Positions 1-9,257 of a stretch of DNA of 64,000 nt are shown piece after piece; position 1 is the first letter of the stretch; every line of letters starts with the position of its first letter. The notes below the pieces were generated by a model. The model saw only the letters and a program-made list of their open reading frames with translations, was not told the DNA's origin and made no database searches. Both the position numbers and the translations under genes were made by a program. The DNA comes from a virus (lineage: Duplodnaviria; Caudoviricetes), in IMG/VR virus record IMGVR_UViG_3300033075_001508, positions 1-64,000 of that record. One strand, written 5' to 3'.

Positions 1-225
1 TACATCGACATCGACTGCGACCTTTACACGTCTGCGGTTCTCGCGCTCGATTTCATGTTTCGCAACAAGCTGTACTCTCGCGGAACCGTCATTGGCTACC
101 ACGACTGGGGTAGCGGCGGCAACGGAGGCGAACAAAGAGCCCACAATGAAATGACAGCAAAGCATGGAGTGCGATGCTCTCTTGTCTGGGAAGGCGGCGG
201 ACCGGTGCTGTTCCGGGTGGTGTAA
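1..225 (+). CDS. TylF/MycF-like O-methyltransferase, C-terminal part (5' truncated)
   Basis: Frame 1 manual translation YIDIDCDLYTSAVLALDF...GTVIGYHDW...GEQRA; DCDLY is typical of the TylF family; stop TAA 223-225. Confidence 0.65.
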   Translation, partial: YIDIDCDLYTSAVLALDFMFRNKLYSRGTVIGYHDWGSGGNGGEQRAHNEMTAKHGVRCSLVWEGGGPVLFRVV

Positions 226-278
226 TTACTTTATGAGCGGTGGGGGCAAGACGCCCCTGCCGCGACACAGGACACGAC

Positions 279-712
279 ATGAAGGAAGACAAGGGGGACC
301 TCTGGGGATACCCAGCCGACTATCGTTGTGTCACGACCAACGGGGTCGTAAAGCCAAACGGTAAGCTTGTTATGGGTGCTGGTGTTGCCCTGGACGCAAA
401 AAGGCTTTTCCACATCTTCCAGCCAAACTCGGAGCTTGGGTCACTAAATACGGCAATCGGGCCTTTCTTTGCAGGGAAGAGGGGCTTATCACCTTCCCGA
501 CCAAGCATCATTGGCGTGACCCATCCGACCTCGCTCTGATTGTCACTAGCGCGAAACAAATTGTTTCAATTTGCAACAAGTTGTTGCCTTTGGAAACACG
601 CGTCGTTCTATCCAGGCCTGGCTGTGGAAACGGTGGCCTGAATTGGAATAAGGTGAAGCCTCTAATTGAAGACATTTTGGACGACAGGTTCATTGTCGTC
701 ACTTTGGACTAA
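279..712 (+). pseudogene. Macrodomain (ADP-ribose binding/hydrolase) protein interrupted by a -1 frameshift near 408
   Basis: N-part GDLW...TTNG...MGAGVA; after a shift at CTTTTCC it continues ITFPTKHHWRDPSDL...RPGCGNGGLNWNKVKPLI, stop 710-712. Confidence 0.75.
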
Positions 713-772
713 CAGGATACGACTGGGATTATTTGCTTTTGTCCCCAGGAGGAACAGGAATGATTTGAGTAA

Positions 773-1891
773 GTGGAAACGAAATCAACTCACAAGGTCG
801 AGATTGTTCCAGTCTCGATGACCAAGCATCCAAACGCAGACAGTCTCAGTATCATCCCGGTTTGGGGGTACTCGTACGTAGGCCGCACCGCCGACTGGGA
901 AGGCGTGGAGCGAGCCGCTTACATTCCACCAGATAGCGTGGTTGACGCCACTCGTCCAGAGTTTTCCTTCCTTGTCGAGCAGGCGAAAGCTGACGGTAAG
1001 GTTCGCATCAAGGCCAAGAAGCTTCGCGGCATCGTGAGCTACGGCCTGATGGTGCCCGTTCCTGCTGACACCCCGCTCGGGGAAGACTGGGCGGAACGTC
1101 TCGGCGTGACCCACTACGAGCCGGAAATCAATGAAGGGCGAAGCGGCGAAAAGTTCTTCACGGGCGGCGAGGTGGCGGCTGCGCCGAGTGTCTACACGCA
1201 GAAGTACGATGTCGATGCCTTCCTGCGGTATCACCATCTGTTCGTCCCAGGCGAACCGGTCGTCGTCACCGAGAAGCTCGATGGCGCGAACTCCCGCTAC
1301 GTCTACATTGACGGCAAGATGAACGCCGGCAGCCGCACGGAGTGGAAGAAGGAGTATCCGTCTTACGACCACGTCACCGTTGAGGGCCTGGTCGCCAAGG
1401 GCATGCCCGAGGATAAGGCGAAGGAAGCAATCGAGAGGCTTCACTCCAAACCCAAGAGGAAAAACCTTTGGTGGGAGGTGTTGGAACGCACTCCTGCCCT
1501 GGAAAAGTTCTGCCGCGACAACCCGGGCCTGGTCGTGTACGGCGAGGTGTTCGGAAACGTCAACGCCATCAAGTACGGCTTCGAGGACGGACACAACCGA
1601 TTTGCGGCGTTCGACATCATGAAGGACGGGAAGTGGCTGTCTTACGAGGAAGCGTTCAGCAAGCTGGCTGGCGCTGGCGTTCCAGTTGCTCCAATTGTTG
1701 CCTGGCCCATTGGGTACGACTTCGAGTTAATCAAGGCGAAAGCTGAGGGCGCAACGTTAGTCGACGGAGCGAAGCCCGGCACCATCCGCGAAGGCATCGT
1801 CGTCAAGCCGCTCCAGGAGCGGTACGACCCGCATGTTGGACGAGTCTGTTTCAAGGTCGTCAGTCCGGTCTTCCTGGAAAAATACAGATGA
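773..1891 (+). CDS. RNA ligase (DRB0094/Rnl5-like, N-terminal OB-type domain)
   Basis: HPNADSL N-terminus; motif I TEKLDGAN, YGEVFG, FDI, REGIVVKP, FKVVS. Confidence 0.85.
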   Translation: METKSTHKVEIVPVSMTKHPNADSLSIIPVWGYSYVGRTADWEGVERAAYIPPDSVVDATRPEFSFLVEQAKADGKVRIKAKKLRGIVSYGLMVPVPADTPLGEDWAERLGVTHYEPEINEGRSGEKFFTGGEVAAAPSVYTQKYDVDAFLRYHHLFVPGEPVVVTEKLDGANSRYVYIDGKMNAGSRTEWKKEYPSYDHVTVEGLVAKGMPEDKAKEAIERLHSKPKRKNLWWEVLERTPALEKFCRDNPGLVVYGEVFGNVNAIKYGFEDGHNRFAAFDIMKDGKWLSYEEAFSKLAGAGVPVAPIVAWPIGYDFELIKAKAEGATLVDGAKPGTIREGIVVKPLQERYDPHVGRVCFKVVSPVFLEKYR

Positions 1892-2505
1892 ATGACCAAT
1901 GGACAAACCCGAGTTCTCTCAAGGGTAAGCGCCTCGACTTCGGCCACCTTGGGGGAACATCCACTTCCGGAGACCCCGACAGTTGGTATCCGGAATTGTG
2001 GACCTGGCTCATACGGACAAATCGTCTGGGGTCCGTGCTGGATGTTGGTTGCGGGGTCGGATATTCGCAGAAGTTTTTTCACGACAGTGGGCTAATTACT
2101 CTTGGCGTGGATTGTAAGCAGGTGCTGGAACACCACGTTCTGGGTGAGAAAACCTTAGTCCATGACTTCACGACTGGCGTAGCGCCGCTTCCAGGCCGGT
2201 TTGACCTCGTTTGGTGTTGCGAGGTTGCCGAGCATATTCCTGAAGAGTTCGTGTCCAATCTGGCGTACACGTTCGCAATGGGATGCGGCAAACTCCTGGC
2301 GTTTTGCGCTGCGCCAAGAGGGGCTGGCGGTTACCACCATGTCAATTGCCAAAACCCGCCATACTGGATTTCCCTTTTGTCGAAGTATGGCTTCACGATT
2401 AACGAAGAAATGTCCGAACATGGCAGAAGGTTGTGCGGGCCTCATTACGGAAGAGGCAAAAACAACTACTTCTATCGCAGCGGATTGATTTTCACCAAGG
2501 ACTAA
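1888..2505 (+). CDS. Class I SAM-dependent methyltransferase
   Basis: VLDVGCGVG; FDLVWCCEVAEHI; GGYHHVN. Confidence 0.8.
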   Translation: MNDQWTNPSSLKGKRLDFGHLGGTSTSGDPDSWYPELWTWLIRTNRLGSVLDVGCGVGYSQKFFHDSGLITLGVDCKQVLEHHVLGEKTLVHDFTTGVAPLPGRFDLVWCCEVAEHIPEEFVSNLAYTFAMGCGKLLAFCAAPRGAGGYHHVNCQNPPYWISLLSKYGFTINEEMSEHGRRLCGPHYGRGKNNYFYRSGLIFTKD

Positions 2506-2506
2506 C

Positions 2507-4384
2507 ATGTGCGGAATAGCGTGTTATGCAGGAAAGCGTCCAGCCAAACCCTTCATCATCCAGGCGCTCAAGCGTCTGGAGTATCGAGGGTACGACTCTT
2601 GGGGTTACACTATCTTCGATGATAGAGGCGTCGAAGAGAACGTGCGTAGTCTGGGTGGCCCCGGCGAACCCTCGGCTGGTAGTTTCTCTGGCGCTGACTA
2701 CTCGAAAGAACCAGTTGGCCGGATTGGTTTAGGCCATACACGTTGGGCGACTAACGGGAAGGTCAGCATTGACAACACCCATCCTGTCGCTGGGCGTCCC
2801 AAACCACCTTTTCCCGGCGCTGAAGTCATGCCCCTTCCATCCGTATACGTCGTCCACAACGGCGTGGTGGAGAACTACCAGGAGCTTCGCGAAGAGCTTG
2901 AGGCGGTTGGTCATACCTTCGACACCGAAACAGACACGGAAGTCATCGCCCATCTGCTAGCGGACATGGTCCCGACCGGAAGCGGCAATGACGTCACCGA
3001 CCTGGCGGACGCAGTCATCAAGGTGATGAAGCGACTAAAAGGAGCCAATGCGTTCGTGGCCGGCTTCGTGCGGAATTGGTCAAGCCGGCTAGTCGCAGCT
3101 TCCAATGGCTCTCCGTTGGTGTTCACCCAAGAAGGTCACATCGCCTCGGACCCGATTGCCTTTGCTGGATTCGCCAAGGGGTATTCTCGCCTTCCCAACG
3201 GTCAAGTCGCCATTGTCAGTTCTTTCTACTACGACGAGGCGTTGACGACCCGGGTCGAGTTCGTTGTTCCCGACACGCCCGGCAGTCCGGACGCCGGCTT
3301 CTATCGTCCGAACTTCAAGCTGAATGTTCCTGCTGAGGACGCGACCCAGAAGGGGCCTTACGAACACTTCATGCGGAAGGAAATCTTTGAGCAGGAAAAG
3401 GTGCTGGAGGCAACCGTTCTGCCAAAGTATTTGCCACCCAAGGACCGTGTCTGTTTGTTCGGGTGCGGAAGTTCGTATCACGCAGCTTTGGTGGGACGAC
3501 ACTACTTTGAGGGGCTCGCCAATCTACCCACTTCCGTCGAATACGCAACCGAGCTTGCCGACCGAAACATGTCTGCTTTCGGAGTGGCTGACACGTTGTT
3601 TGTTGGATTAACTCAATCAGGGGAGACCAAAGACACCCTGGCCGCGTTCCATAAGCTGAGAGCTTCTGGCGTATCTCCTCTCGTAATCACCAACAATCCG
3701 GACTCTACGGTTGCTCAATGCGCGTACCCCATGCTCTTGGGATGTGGAGTCGAGCGAGGGGTGGCAGCAACCAAAACATTTACAGCCCAGTTGATTAGGC
3801 TATATCAGCTGGCGGCTGGTTATTGTTTTTATCGTGGTCTCGACACACCAGACATTGACGACCAATTTGGCGAGTTGCGCTCGGCCGTTTCTCACGTACT
3901 AACCTTCGAGAACCGCATCAAAGACTTGGCGATTTTTGCTAGGGGCTTTCGTCACCACCTATACCTGGCTCGCGGTATCCTATATCCCATCGCCATGGAG
4001 GGAGCCCTCAAGGTTAAAGAAGTTGCCTACATTCATGCGGAAGCCATTCATTCGAGCGAAATGAAGCATGGCCCAATCGCATTGATTGACGACAACACGC
4101 TCTCTATCTTCCTGCTTACTGAACACAACCCACGAGTCAGTTCGAACATTCGGGAAATCCTGGCAAGACGCGGTAAGGTGCTAGTCTTTGCTGACAACAA
4201 CATGAGAGAGATAGCTCATGAGTTGGTCGGCGATTCAATGGTGGTTTTGCCGACTATCAACCCATATCTACAGCCGATTGTTATGTCCGTAGCACTCCAG
4301 TTGTTCGCCTACCACATTGCGGTAACGTCTGGTCTTGACGTCGACCGCCCCAGGAACCTCGCTAAAAGTGTCACCGTGGAGTAA
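2507..4384 (+). CDS. glmS: Glutamine--fructose-6-phosphate aminotransferase
   Basis: MCGI, LEYRGYDS, GHTRWAT, HNG, TQSGET, EMKHGP, C-terminal PRNLAKSVTVE. Confidence 0.97.
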   Translation: MCGIACYAGKRPAKPFIIQALKRLEYRGYDSWGYTIFDDRGVEENVRSLGGPGEPSAGSFSGADYSKEPVGRIGLGHTRWATNGKVSIDNTHPVAGRPKPPFPGAEVMPLPSVYVVHNGVVENYQELREELEAVGHTFDTETDTEVIAHLLADMVPTGSGNDVTDLADAVIKVMKRLKGANAFVAGFVRNWSSRLVAASNGSPLVFTQEGHIASDPIAFAGFAKGYSRLPNGQVAIVSSFYYDEALTTRVEFVVPDTPGSPDAGFYRPNFKLNVPAEDATQKGPYEHFMRKEIFEQEKVLEATVLPKYLPPKDRVCLFGCGSSYHAALVGRHYFEGLANLPTSVEYATELADRNMSAFGVADTLFVGLTQSGETKDTLAAFHKLRASGVSPLVITNNPDSTVAQCAYPMLLGCGVERGVAATKTFTAQLIRLYQLAAGYCFYRGLDTPDIDDQFGELRSAVSHVLTFENRIKDLAIFARGFRHHLYLARGILYPIAMEGALKVKEVAYIHAEAIHSSEMKHGPIALIDDNTLSIFLLTEHNPRVSSNIREILARRGKVLVFADNNMREIAHELVGDSMVVLPTINPYLQPIVMSVALQLFAYHIAVTSGLDVDRPRNLAKSVTVE

Positions 4385-4386
4385 TC

Positions 4387-4782
4387 ATGTCCAAAAAAGT
4401 CTACGTCGCCAGCGGCCTTGACAACTACAAGGCGGTTCTGAAACTTCAACATGAGCTTCGGGCTCGCGGGTACGAAATCACGTTCGACTGGGCCTCGCTG
4501 TATCAAGAGCAAGTTCGGGACAGAAAATACGGTCCATACATGTCGATGAGCGACAAGGCGTCTCTTGCCTTCGATATGTCAGCGGGAGTGTTAGACGCCA
4601 ACGTAGTAATTCTCCTGGCTCCCGGCAAGCGTGGAGCGCACGTCGAGTTCGGTATCGCTTGGGGTGCCGGCAACAAGTCGATGTTCGTTCTGAATCCGGA
4701 CCCGGCCAACGATATTTCCTTCTATTTCCTGCCAGGTGTCAAGCTGGTTCGTTTGCAGGAAGAGTTGTTGGAGGAGATATGA
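4387..4782 (+). CDS. Nucleoside 2-deoxyribosyltransferase-like protein
   Basis: KVYVAS, ITFDW, GVLDANVVILL, GAHVEFGIA (Glu nucleophile). Confidence 0.7.
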   Translation: MSKKVYVASGLDNYKAVLKLQHELRARGYEITFDWASLYQEQVRDRKYGPYMSMSDKASLAFDMSAGVLDANVVILLAPGKRGAHVEFGIAWGAGNKSMFVLNPDPANDISFYFLPGVKLVRLQEELLEEI

Positions 4783-5348
4783 CAACGTACGCTTCCTGCT
4801 GCGAGGAAGGCAAGGTTCTTGTCGAACAGTTGCCATCTGGCTGGTGGCTTCACACTTCGGACTACTATGTTCGGGAGCTAATCTCGTTTTGTCCGTTTTG
4901 TGGGTGGGACCTCTCCGTCCCCTTCCCTGCTCAATCTCTGGAAGAGCTTCTCGCCCACATCGCCGGTCTGGACCTTAACGGCCGAACCGTTTGTTTTGAC
5001 GTGGACGGAGTGTTGTGCGACCACCGGGACCAATCCATTCCCTACGAGGAACGACCGCCGTATCCAAAAGCGGTGGCCATCCTCCAGGCCCTGAAAGCCG
5101 CAGGCTGTCGACTTCACATTCAGACCGCCCGGTATATGCAAAAACACGACGGCAACCAGGGGAAGGCTCGCGATAGCGGTTGGATGGAACTTCGTTGGTG
5201 GCTCGACAAACACGCTATTCCATACGACGAAGTCTACATGGGGAAAGCGTCAGCCCATATTTACGCGGACGACCGAGGCTGCCGGGTTGAGTCCGACAAG
5301 GGTATTATTGATTGGACCCGCAACCTCTTACCACTCCTACAGAGCTAA
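4779..5348 (+). CDS. HAD-family phosphatase (capsule-biosynthesis type) with N-terminal Cys motif
   Basis: CFDVDGVLC, QTAR, IPYDEVYMGK, IYADDR; ATG 4779 overlaps the previous stop. Confidence 0.75.
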   Translation: MTTYASCCEEGKVLVEQLPSGWWLHTSDYYVRELISFCPFCGWDLSVPFPAQSLEELLAHIAGLDLNGRTVCFDVDGVLCDHRDQSIPYEERPPYPKAVAILQALKAAGCRLHIQTARYMQKHDGNQGKARDSGWMELRWWLDKHAIPYDEVYMGKASAHIYADDRGCRVESDKGIIDWTRNLLPLLQS

Positions 5349-5795
5349 ATGCCAACTTACGCCTACCGCTGCGATACCTGCAACCATTCCTTTGAAGAAT
5401 ATCGCAGTATGAAAGCTTCACACCCCAAGAAATGTCCCGAGTGCGGCGAAAGCTACGCTAACGGCAACGGCAAGTTCCATCAAGACTACGGTGCCAGCAG
5501 GGTAATCGGGGTCGTGTACGGAAACCCTACGACTCTGGGCCAACTGGCGGAAGCCAACAACAAGAAGCTGGGCAAGGAGCAAGTTCAAAAGAAGCAAGAG
5601 GCCGACAAGAAGTTGGTTCGCTCCAAACTGAAGTTGCCGCCTGGCGCACAAAGGGTGGAACGGCCAACCGAACTTCCGTGGTTTCGTTCCGGAGTCGTTG
5701 AGGGCTTGCCCAAGATGGAAGACCCGCTCGATATTTCCAAGTTCAAGGACGACGAACAAAAGAAAGCTTACGTCGAAAAAGGGGAAATGCCATAA
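5349..5795 (+). CDS. FmdB-family zinc-ribbon protein
   Basis: MPTYAYRCDTCNHSFE...CPECG. Confidence 0.75.
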   Translation: MPTYAYRCDTCNHSFEEYRSMKASHPKKCPECGESYANGNGKFHQDYGASRVIGVVYGNPTTLGQLAEANNKKLGKEQVQKKQEADKKLVRSKLKLPPGAQRVERPTELPWFRSGVVEGLPKMEDPLDISKFKDDEQKKAYVEKGEMP

Positions 5796-5817
5796 ATCCA
5801 CTTCATCGCTTTGGCGT

Positions 5818-5832
5818 GGTGTATCTCCTATC
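5818..5832 (+). promoter_or_regulatory. GGTGTATCTCCTATC motif, putative phage promoter
   Basis: Intergenic, just upstream of an HNH gene; identical 15-mer at 43603-43617. Confidence 0.5.
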
Positions 5833-5844
5833 TGAGGTACATAT

Positions 5845-6426
5845 ATGCCAAGAAAATCACCAGACAAAGACTTTCTCGCAAAAACGTTCGGTCGTTTAAC
5901 TGTTGTTTGCCGGGATAAACTCGGTGTTCATGGCGGACCATACTATAAGTGTCGCTGCCAATGTGGGAACGAAACAACAGTTAGAGGCTACCATCTAAGA
6001 ACCGCTAAGGTAAAAAGCTGCGGCTGCCTTTGTTCAGAAACGACAAGTAAGCGTACGTTCAAAGGAACCGGCGAGATTTTTGGATGGTATTGGACAAAGC
6101 TAAAGCGGCACGCTTCAGAACGCAATATTCCATTCAACATAACCATCGAGTTCGCGTGGGAGCTTTATCAGCGACAAAACGGTAAATGTGCCATTAGCGG
6201 TATTCCGTTGAAGATGAATTTTCGGCGATGGAGTCGCAACGACGCAGACGACAATACTGCTTCATTGGACCGAATTGATTCCAGCAAGCCGTACGAGGCC
6301 GACAACGTCCAGTGGGTACACAAACATATCAACTGGATGAAGAACAAATTTTCTCAACAGTATTTTATTGAAGTGTGCCGCGAGGTTACCATGTTTCAAA
6401 ACGAGGCGAGAAATGGTGCAGCGTAA
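5845..6426 (+). CDS. HNH-like (His-Me finger) homing endonuclease family protein
   Basis: FGRLTV..CRCQCG..SCGC; GKCAISG; TASLDRIDSSKPY..DNVQWVHKHINWMK. Confidence 0.75.
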   Translation: MPRKSPDKDFLAKTFGRLTVVCRDKLGVHGGPYYKCRCQCGNETTVRGYHLRTAKVKSCGCLCSETTSKRTFKGTGEIFGWYWTKLKRHASERNIPFNITIEFAWELYQRQNGKCAISGIPLKMNFRRWSRNDADDNTASLDRIDSSKPYEADNVQWVHKHINWMKNKFSQQYFIEVCREVTMFQNEARNGAA

Positions 6427-6625
6427 TCCTAACGCAATACATCGCGCCGTTATCTGGGTCTACGCGGAAGTTCACGAAGTCCTGAAGACAGGCGAATGCG
6501 CAGGAGACCCATCGTTCAAGGTCGAACGCTTTCCAATCGCGATTGATTCGTGTGACCAGGAGGAGTGTGTTAAGCGACTCCAGGCACTGCTGAAAGAACT
6601 AAAGGACAAATGCAGCCAAAACTAA
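6413..6625 (+). CDS. Hypothetical protein
   Basis: Fills the gap, overlaps neighbours in the coupled operon. Confidence 0.6.
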   Translation: MVQRNPNAIHRAVIWVYAEVHEVLKTGECAGDPSFKVERFPIAIDSCDQEECVKRLQALLKELKDKCSQN

Positions 6626-6999
6626 GCGTCAGAAATGACAAGCCTGCCGGCCCTGCGGTCGGCCTGAAAGACGGAGGGCACGTCTACCTCCGCTGCTCCA
6701 ACTGTAACGCCATTCTTATGGACTGTTGGCGCACCCAGCCGGACGCCATAAATCCTCGAACCGGCAAGGTTTTTACCTGGAAGATTCGCGCCAACTGCCC
6801 GTGGTGCGGCGACCAATCATTTAGCACCGAAGTGACTGGCGTCATCCATATCGGCGGTTATGGCGTGCCCAAGGAAGACAATGAAGACGACGACATTCCG
6901 TCGACGTCGATTGACCCTCCCGACTTCGACCCAGACACCAACACCTTTACCTTCAACGTTCTGAAAGCGAATGAGCATGCGAAACCAGTCCGAAATTAA
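6610..6999 (+). CDS. Hypothetical Zn-binding protein
   Basis: CSNC...CPWC pairs. Confidence 0.6.
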   Translation: MQPKLSVRNDKPAGPAVGLKDGGHVYLRCSNCNAILMDCWRTQPDAINPRTGKVFTWKIRANCPWCGDQSFSTEVTGVIHIGGYGVPKEDNEDDDIPSTSIDPPDFDPDTNTFTFNVLKANEHAKPVRN

Positions 7000-7372
7000 C
7001 AAGTCGATTCACGTCATCGACCCCAGCAAGCCGGTCGGCCTTGGCGAGCCCTTGATTGTCGGATACGCCGACAAGGGCAAGCATGTCGACGTCAACTCCA
7101 AAGAATGTCTGGCCAAAGCGGTCACCACTCCCGAGGCGGCGGGCGACACCAAGTATTTCATCAAGCGGGCAACGATGGGCGCGGAGGCCGGCCGCATCTT
7201 CAATCCGCACAGCCCCAACTTCTCCGACTACGGCTCCAATCGCTTTTGGAGCGAGATTGGTCGTGCCCAGTACGAGTTCAAGCCGGCGACGAAGGCGGCG
7301 TTTGAACTGTATCTCCACTTTCTGACCACCGGCAACCTGGCTTCGCTTCGTCAAGCCGAACGGGAGATTTAG
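6971..7372 (+). CDS. Hypothetical phage protein
   Basis: Coupled ORF; carries KSIHVIDPSKP near its N-terminus. Confidence 0.65.
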   Translation: MSMRNQSEINKSIHVIDPSKPVGLGEPLIVGYADKGKHVDVNSKECLAKAVTTPEAAGDTKYFIKRATMGAEAGRIFNPHSPNFSDYGSNRFWSEIGRAQYEFKPATKAAFELYLHFLTTGNLASLRQAEREI

Positions 7373-7374
7373 TC

Positions 7375-7719
7375 TTGGCCAAGGTTTTCACTCCTGCTGA
7401 GCAGTTTTACATCAGAGAACATGTTGACAAATCGGACATCAAGGCTATCGCCAAGACTCTTGGGACAACCGTCACAAGAGTAAAGCAGTTCTTGAAGTCC
7501 ATTGCGAACGCAAAACCTGCCCCAGCGCCAGCGAAGAAGGAAGCTTTCGTCAAGCAGGGCGGCTCAGTTTCCATGACGGGCTCGCAATCTCTCGAAGACG
7601 ACATTGCTGGCGGAACCTCGCCGTTCGAGAAGGGCGAGCAGTCAACAAAGAAGTCCTCGTACCTGAAACGTCTGGGCAAATCCATTCATGTCATCGACCC
7701 GAGCAAGCCAATTCAATGA
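7375..7719 (+). CDS. Hypothetical protein, possible N-terminal HTH
   Basis: TTG start; IKAIAKTLGTTVTRVKQFL is HTH-like; KSIHVIDPSKP at the C-terminus. Confidence 0.6.
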   Translation: MAKVFTPAEQFYIREHVDKSDIKAIAKTLGTTVTRVKQFLKSIANAKPAPAPAKKEAFVKQGGSVSMTGSQSLEDDIAGGTSPFEKGEQSTKKSSYLKRLGKSIHVIDPSKPIQ

Positions 7720-8195
7720 TAGTCTGTAAGCACGAGGACGACTACGTTCGCGAGCTTCAGTTAGACAAGAGGACCGCCATCTGGGTAGCTGAACTCACCA
7801 ACGGCGAGACCGTCTACCAAGACGACTACAGGCCAGGTGTTAGCCCGCATTCCGCTTGGCTGCGCCTGGCCTCGTACCTTCGTGGGCAGGAAGGGTTAGG
7901 TATCCGCAAGCTATACCTGAAGTTCCGTTCGAACATTCATCGCAATATCCTTCCCGAAGACGCCGAAGGCTACTTTTTCTGCAAGAGCATTTTGGGAAAT
8001 TTCGGCCATAGCGACAGGCTATCATTTTTCCTATTAGGCCACTTGACAAACGGCCAGGTCATGGTACAAAAGTGGAGCGTTCCGGAGCTTATCCATCAAA
8101 GCACTGAGATTCGCGACCCTTTGAACAATGATTGTCTAATCAGGAACCCTTGGTATGGCCGAACAAACGAAGGACTGGTCGACCGCCCCGCTTGA
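7716..8195 (+). CDS. Hypothetical protein
   Basis: ATGA-coupled ORF, 159 aa. Confidence 0.6.
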   Translation: MIVCKHEDDYVRELQLDKRTAIWVAELTNGETVYQDDYRPGVSPHSAWLRLASYLRGQEGLGIRKLYLKFRSNIHRNILPEDAEGYFFCKSILGNFGHSDRLSFFLLGHLTNGQVMVQKWSVPELIHQSTEIRDPLNNDCLIRNPWYGRTNEGLVDRPA

Positions 8196-8493
8196 TATTG
8201 ATTGGGTGGTTAACTCTGGTTTGTTATTTCACATCAACCACACCATCCTTCATCTGCTTGGGGTCGCCCTGACCGTTCGTGTTGACGCCAAAGGAAACAA
8301 GTCCTGGGGCTTCAAGGACAACCGAGCCAATCCCGAAGAACTTGTCTTCGACAAGAATCAAATCGCCATCAGCAAGCCCAAGCTCGAAGACTTTCTGGCG
8401 TCCTACGGGCATAGCCAGATGAGTCGTCGCGAAAAGAAGTTGGGCTGGGCCTGCCAACCCATTTCCCAAATCCCAGAGGTCGCCAAGAAGTGA
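8155..8493 (+). CDS. Hypothetical protein
   Basis: Coupled ORF, 112 aa. Confidence 0.6.
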   Translation: MAEQTKDWSTAPLDIDWVVNSGLLFHINHTILHLLGVALTVRVDAKGNKSWGFKDNRANPEELVFDKNQIAISKPKLEDFLASYGHSQMSRREKKLGWACQPISQIPEVAKK

Positions 8494-9257
8494 TTCGGAA
8501 CGAACATCAGTTCATGATTACGCGGCAGCAGGCCGGCAAGTTCGAAGAAGCGATGCTTCGCCTCAAGCAGCGACCAGTCCAAGAAATGACGGATATGTCG
8601 CTGGCGGAACTGCAACTCGACGCGTTCGAGTCTCAGCTTCGAGACCTATATGACCAGATGTCTGAATACGACCGTCGTGTTAACGGCGACCGTCAAGGCA
8701 CCTGGTTCCCGCTTTACTCTGGACGTCGGTTCTGGCCGCTCGACCCGCGTCCGCAAGACATTGATATCCGGGATATCGCCCACTCGCTGGCGCGACTTAA
8801 CCGATTCAATGGGCACACAACCTACAGCTACAGCGTGGCCCAGCATTCCGTCCTGGTCAGCCGCCTGCTTCCGTCTCCGTTCAAACTGTTCGGGCTCATG
8901 CACGACGCGGGCGAATGCTATCTTGGGGACGTCATCACGCCCATCAAAATGCTGATTCGCGACTTCTACGAGCCCGTGGAAGAGAAGGTGATGCTCGCAG
9001 TGGCATGGAAATACGGTTTCGAAAGCGCGTTTGTTGACCCAGTTGCACGCCTAGCAGTGAAACAGGCAGACACGGTCATGCTCGCCACCGAGGCGAGAGA
9101 CCTGACCACCTGGGGCGTTCTTCGCCGTGCGCTTACTGAGTTGCCGCTCGACCAGCCTATCGGCGAGTGTTGGGACGCTCATAGAGCCGAAGCTAACTTC
9201 ATCGAGGAGTTCAACCTACTTTATGCCGGACCAACGAAGCGACAAATCGCCGTTTGA
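8490..9257 (+). CDS. HD-domain phosphohydrolase (YfbR/YfdR-like 5'-deoxynucleotidase) with N-terminal coiled-coil extension
   Basis: IAHSLARLNRFNGH, YSVAQHS, LMHDAGECYLGD, VKQAD. Confidence 0.8.
   Translation: MIRNEHQFMITRQQAGKFEEAMLRLKQRPVQEMTDMSLAELQLDAFESQLRDLYDQMSEYDRRVNGDRQGTWFPLYSGRRFWPLDPRPQDIDIRDIAHSLARLNRFNGHTTYSYSVAQHSVLVSRLLPSPFKLFGLMHDAGECYLGDVITPIKMLIRDFYEPVEEKVMLAVAWKYGFESAFVDPVARLAVKQADTVMLATEARDLTTWGVLRRALTELPLDQPIGECWDAHRAEANFIEEFNLLYAGPTKRQIAV

Noticed and set aside
8490-9257. DatZ and a 2-aminoadenine genome
   Set aside because: No PurZ or MazZ in the window; motifs fit generic YfbR/YfdR-like HD proteins
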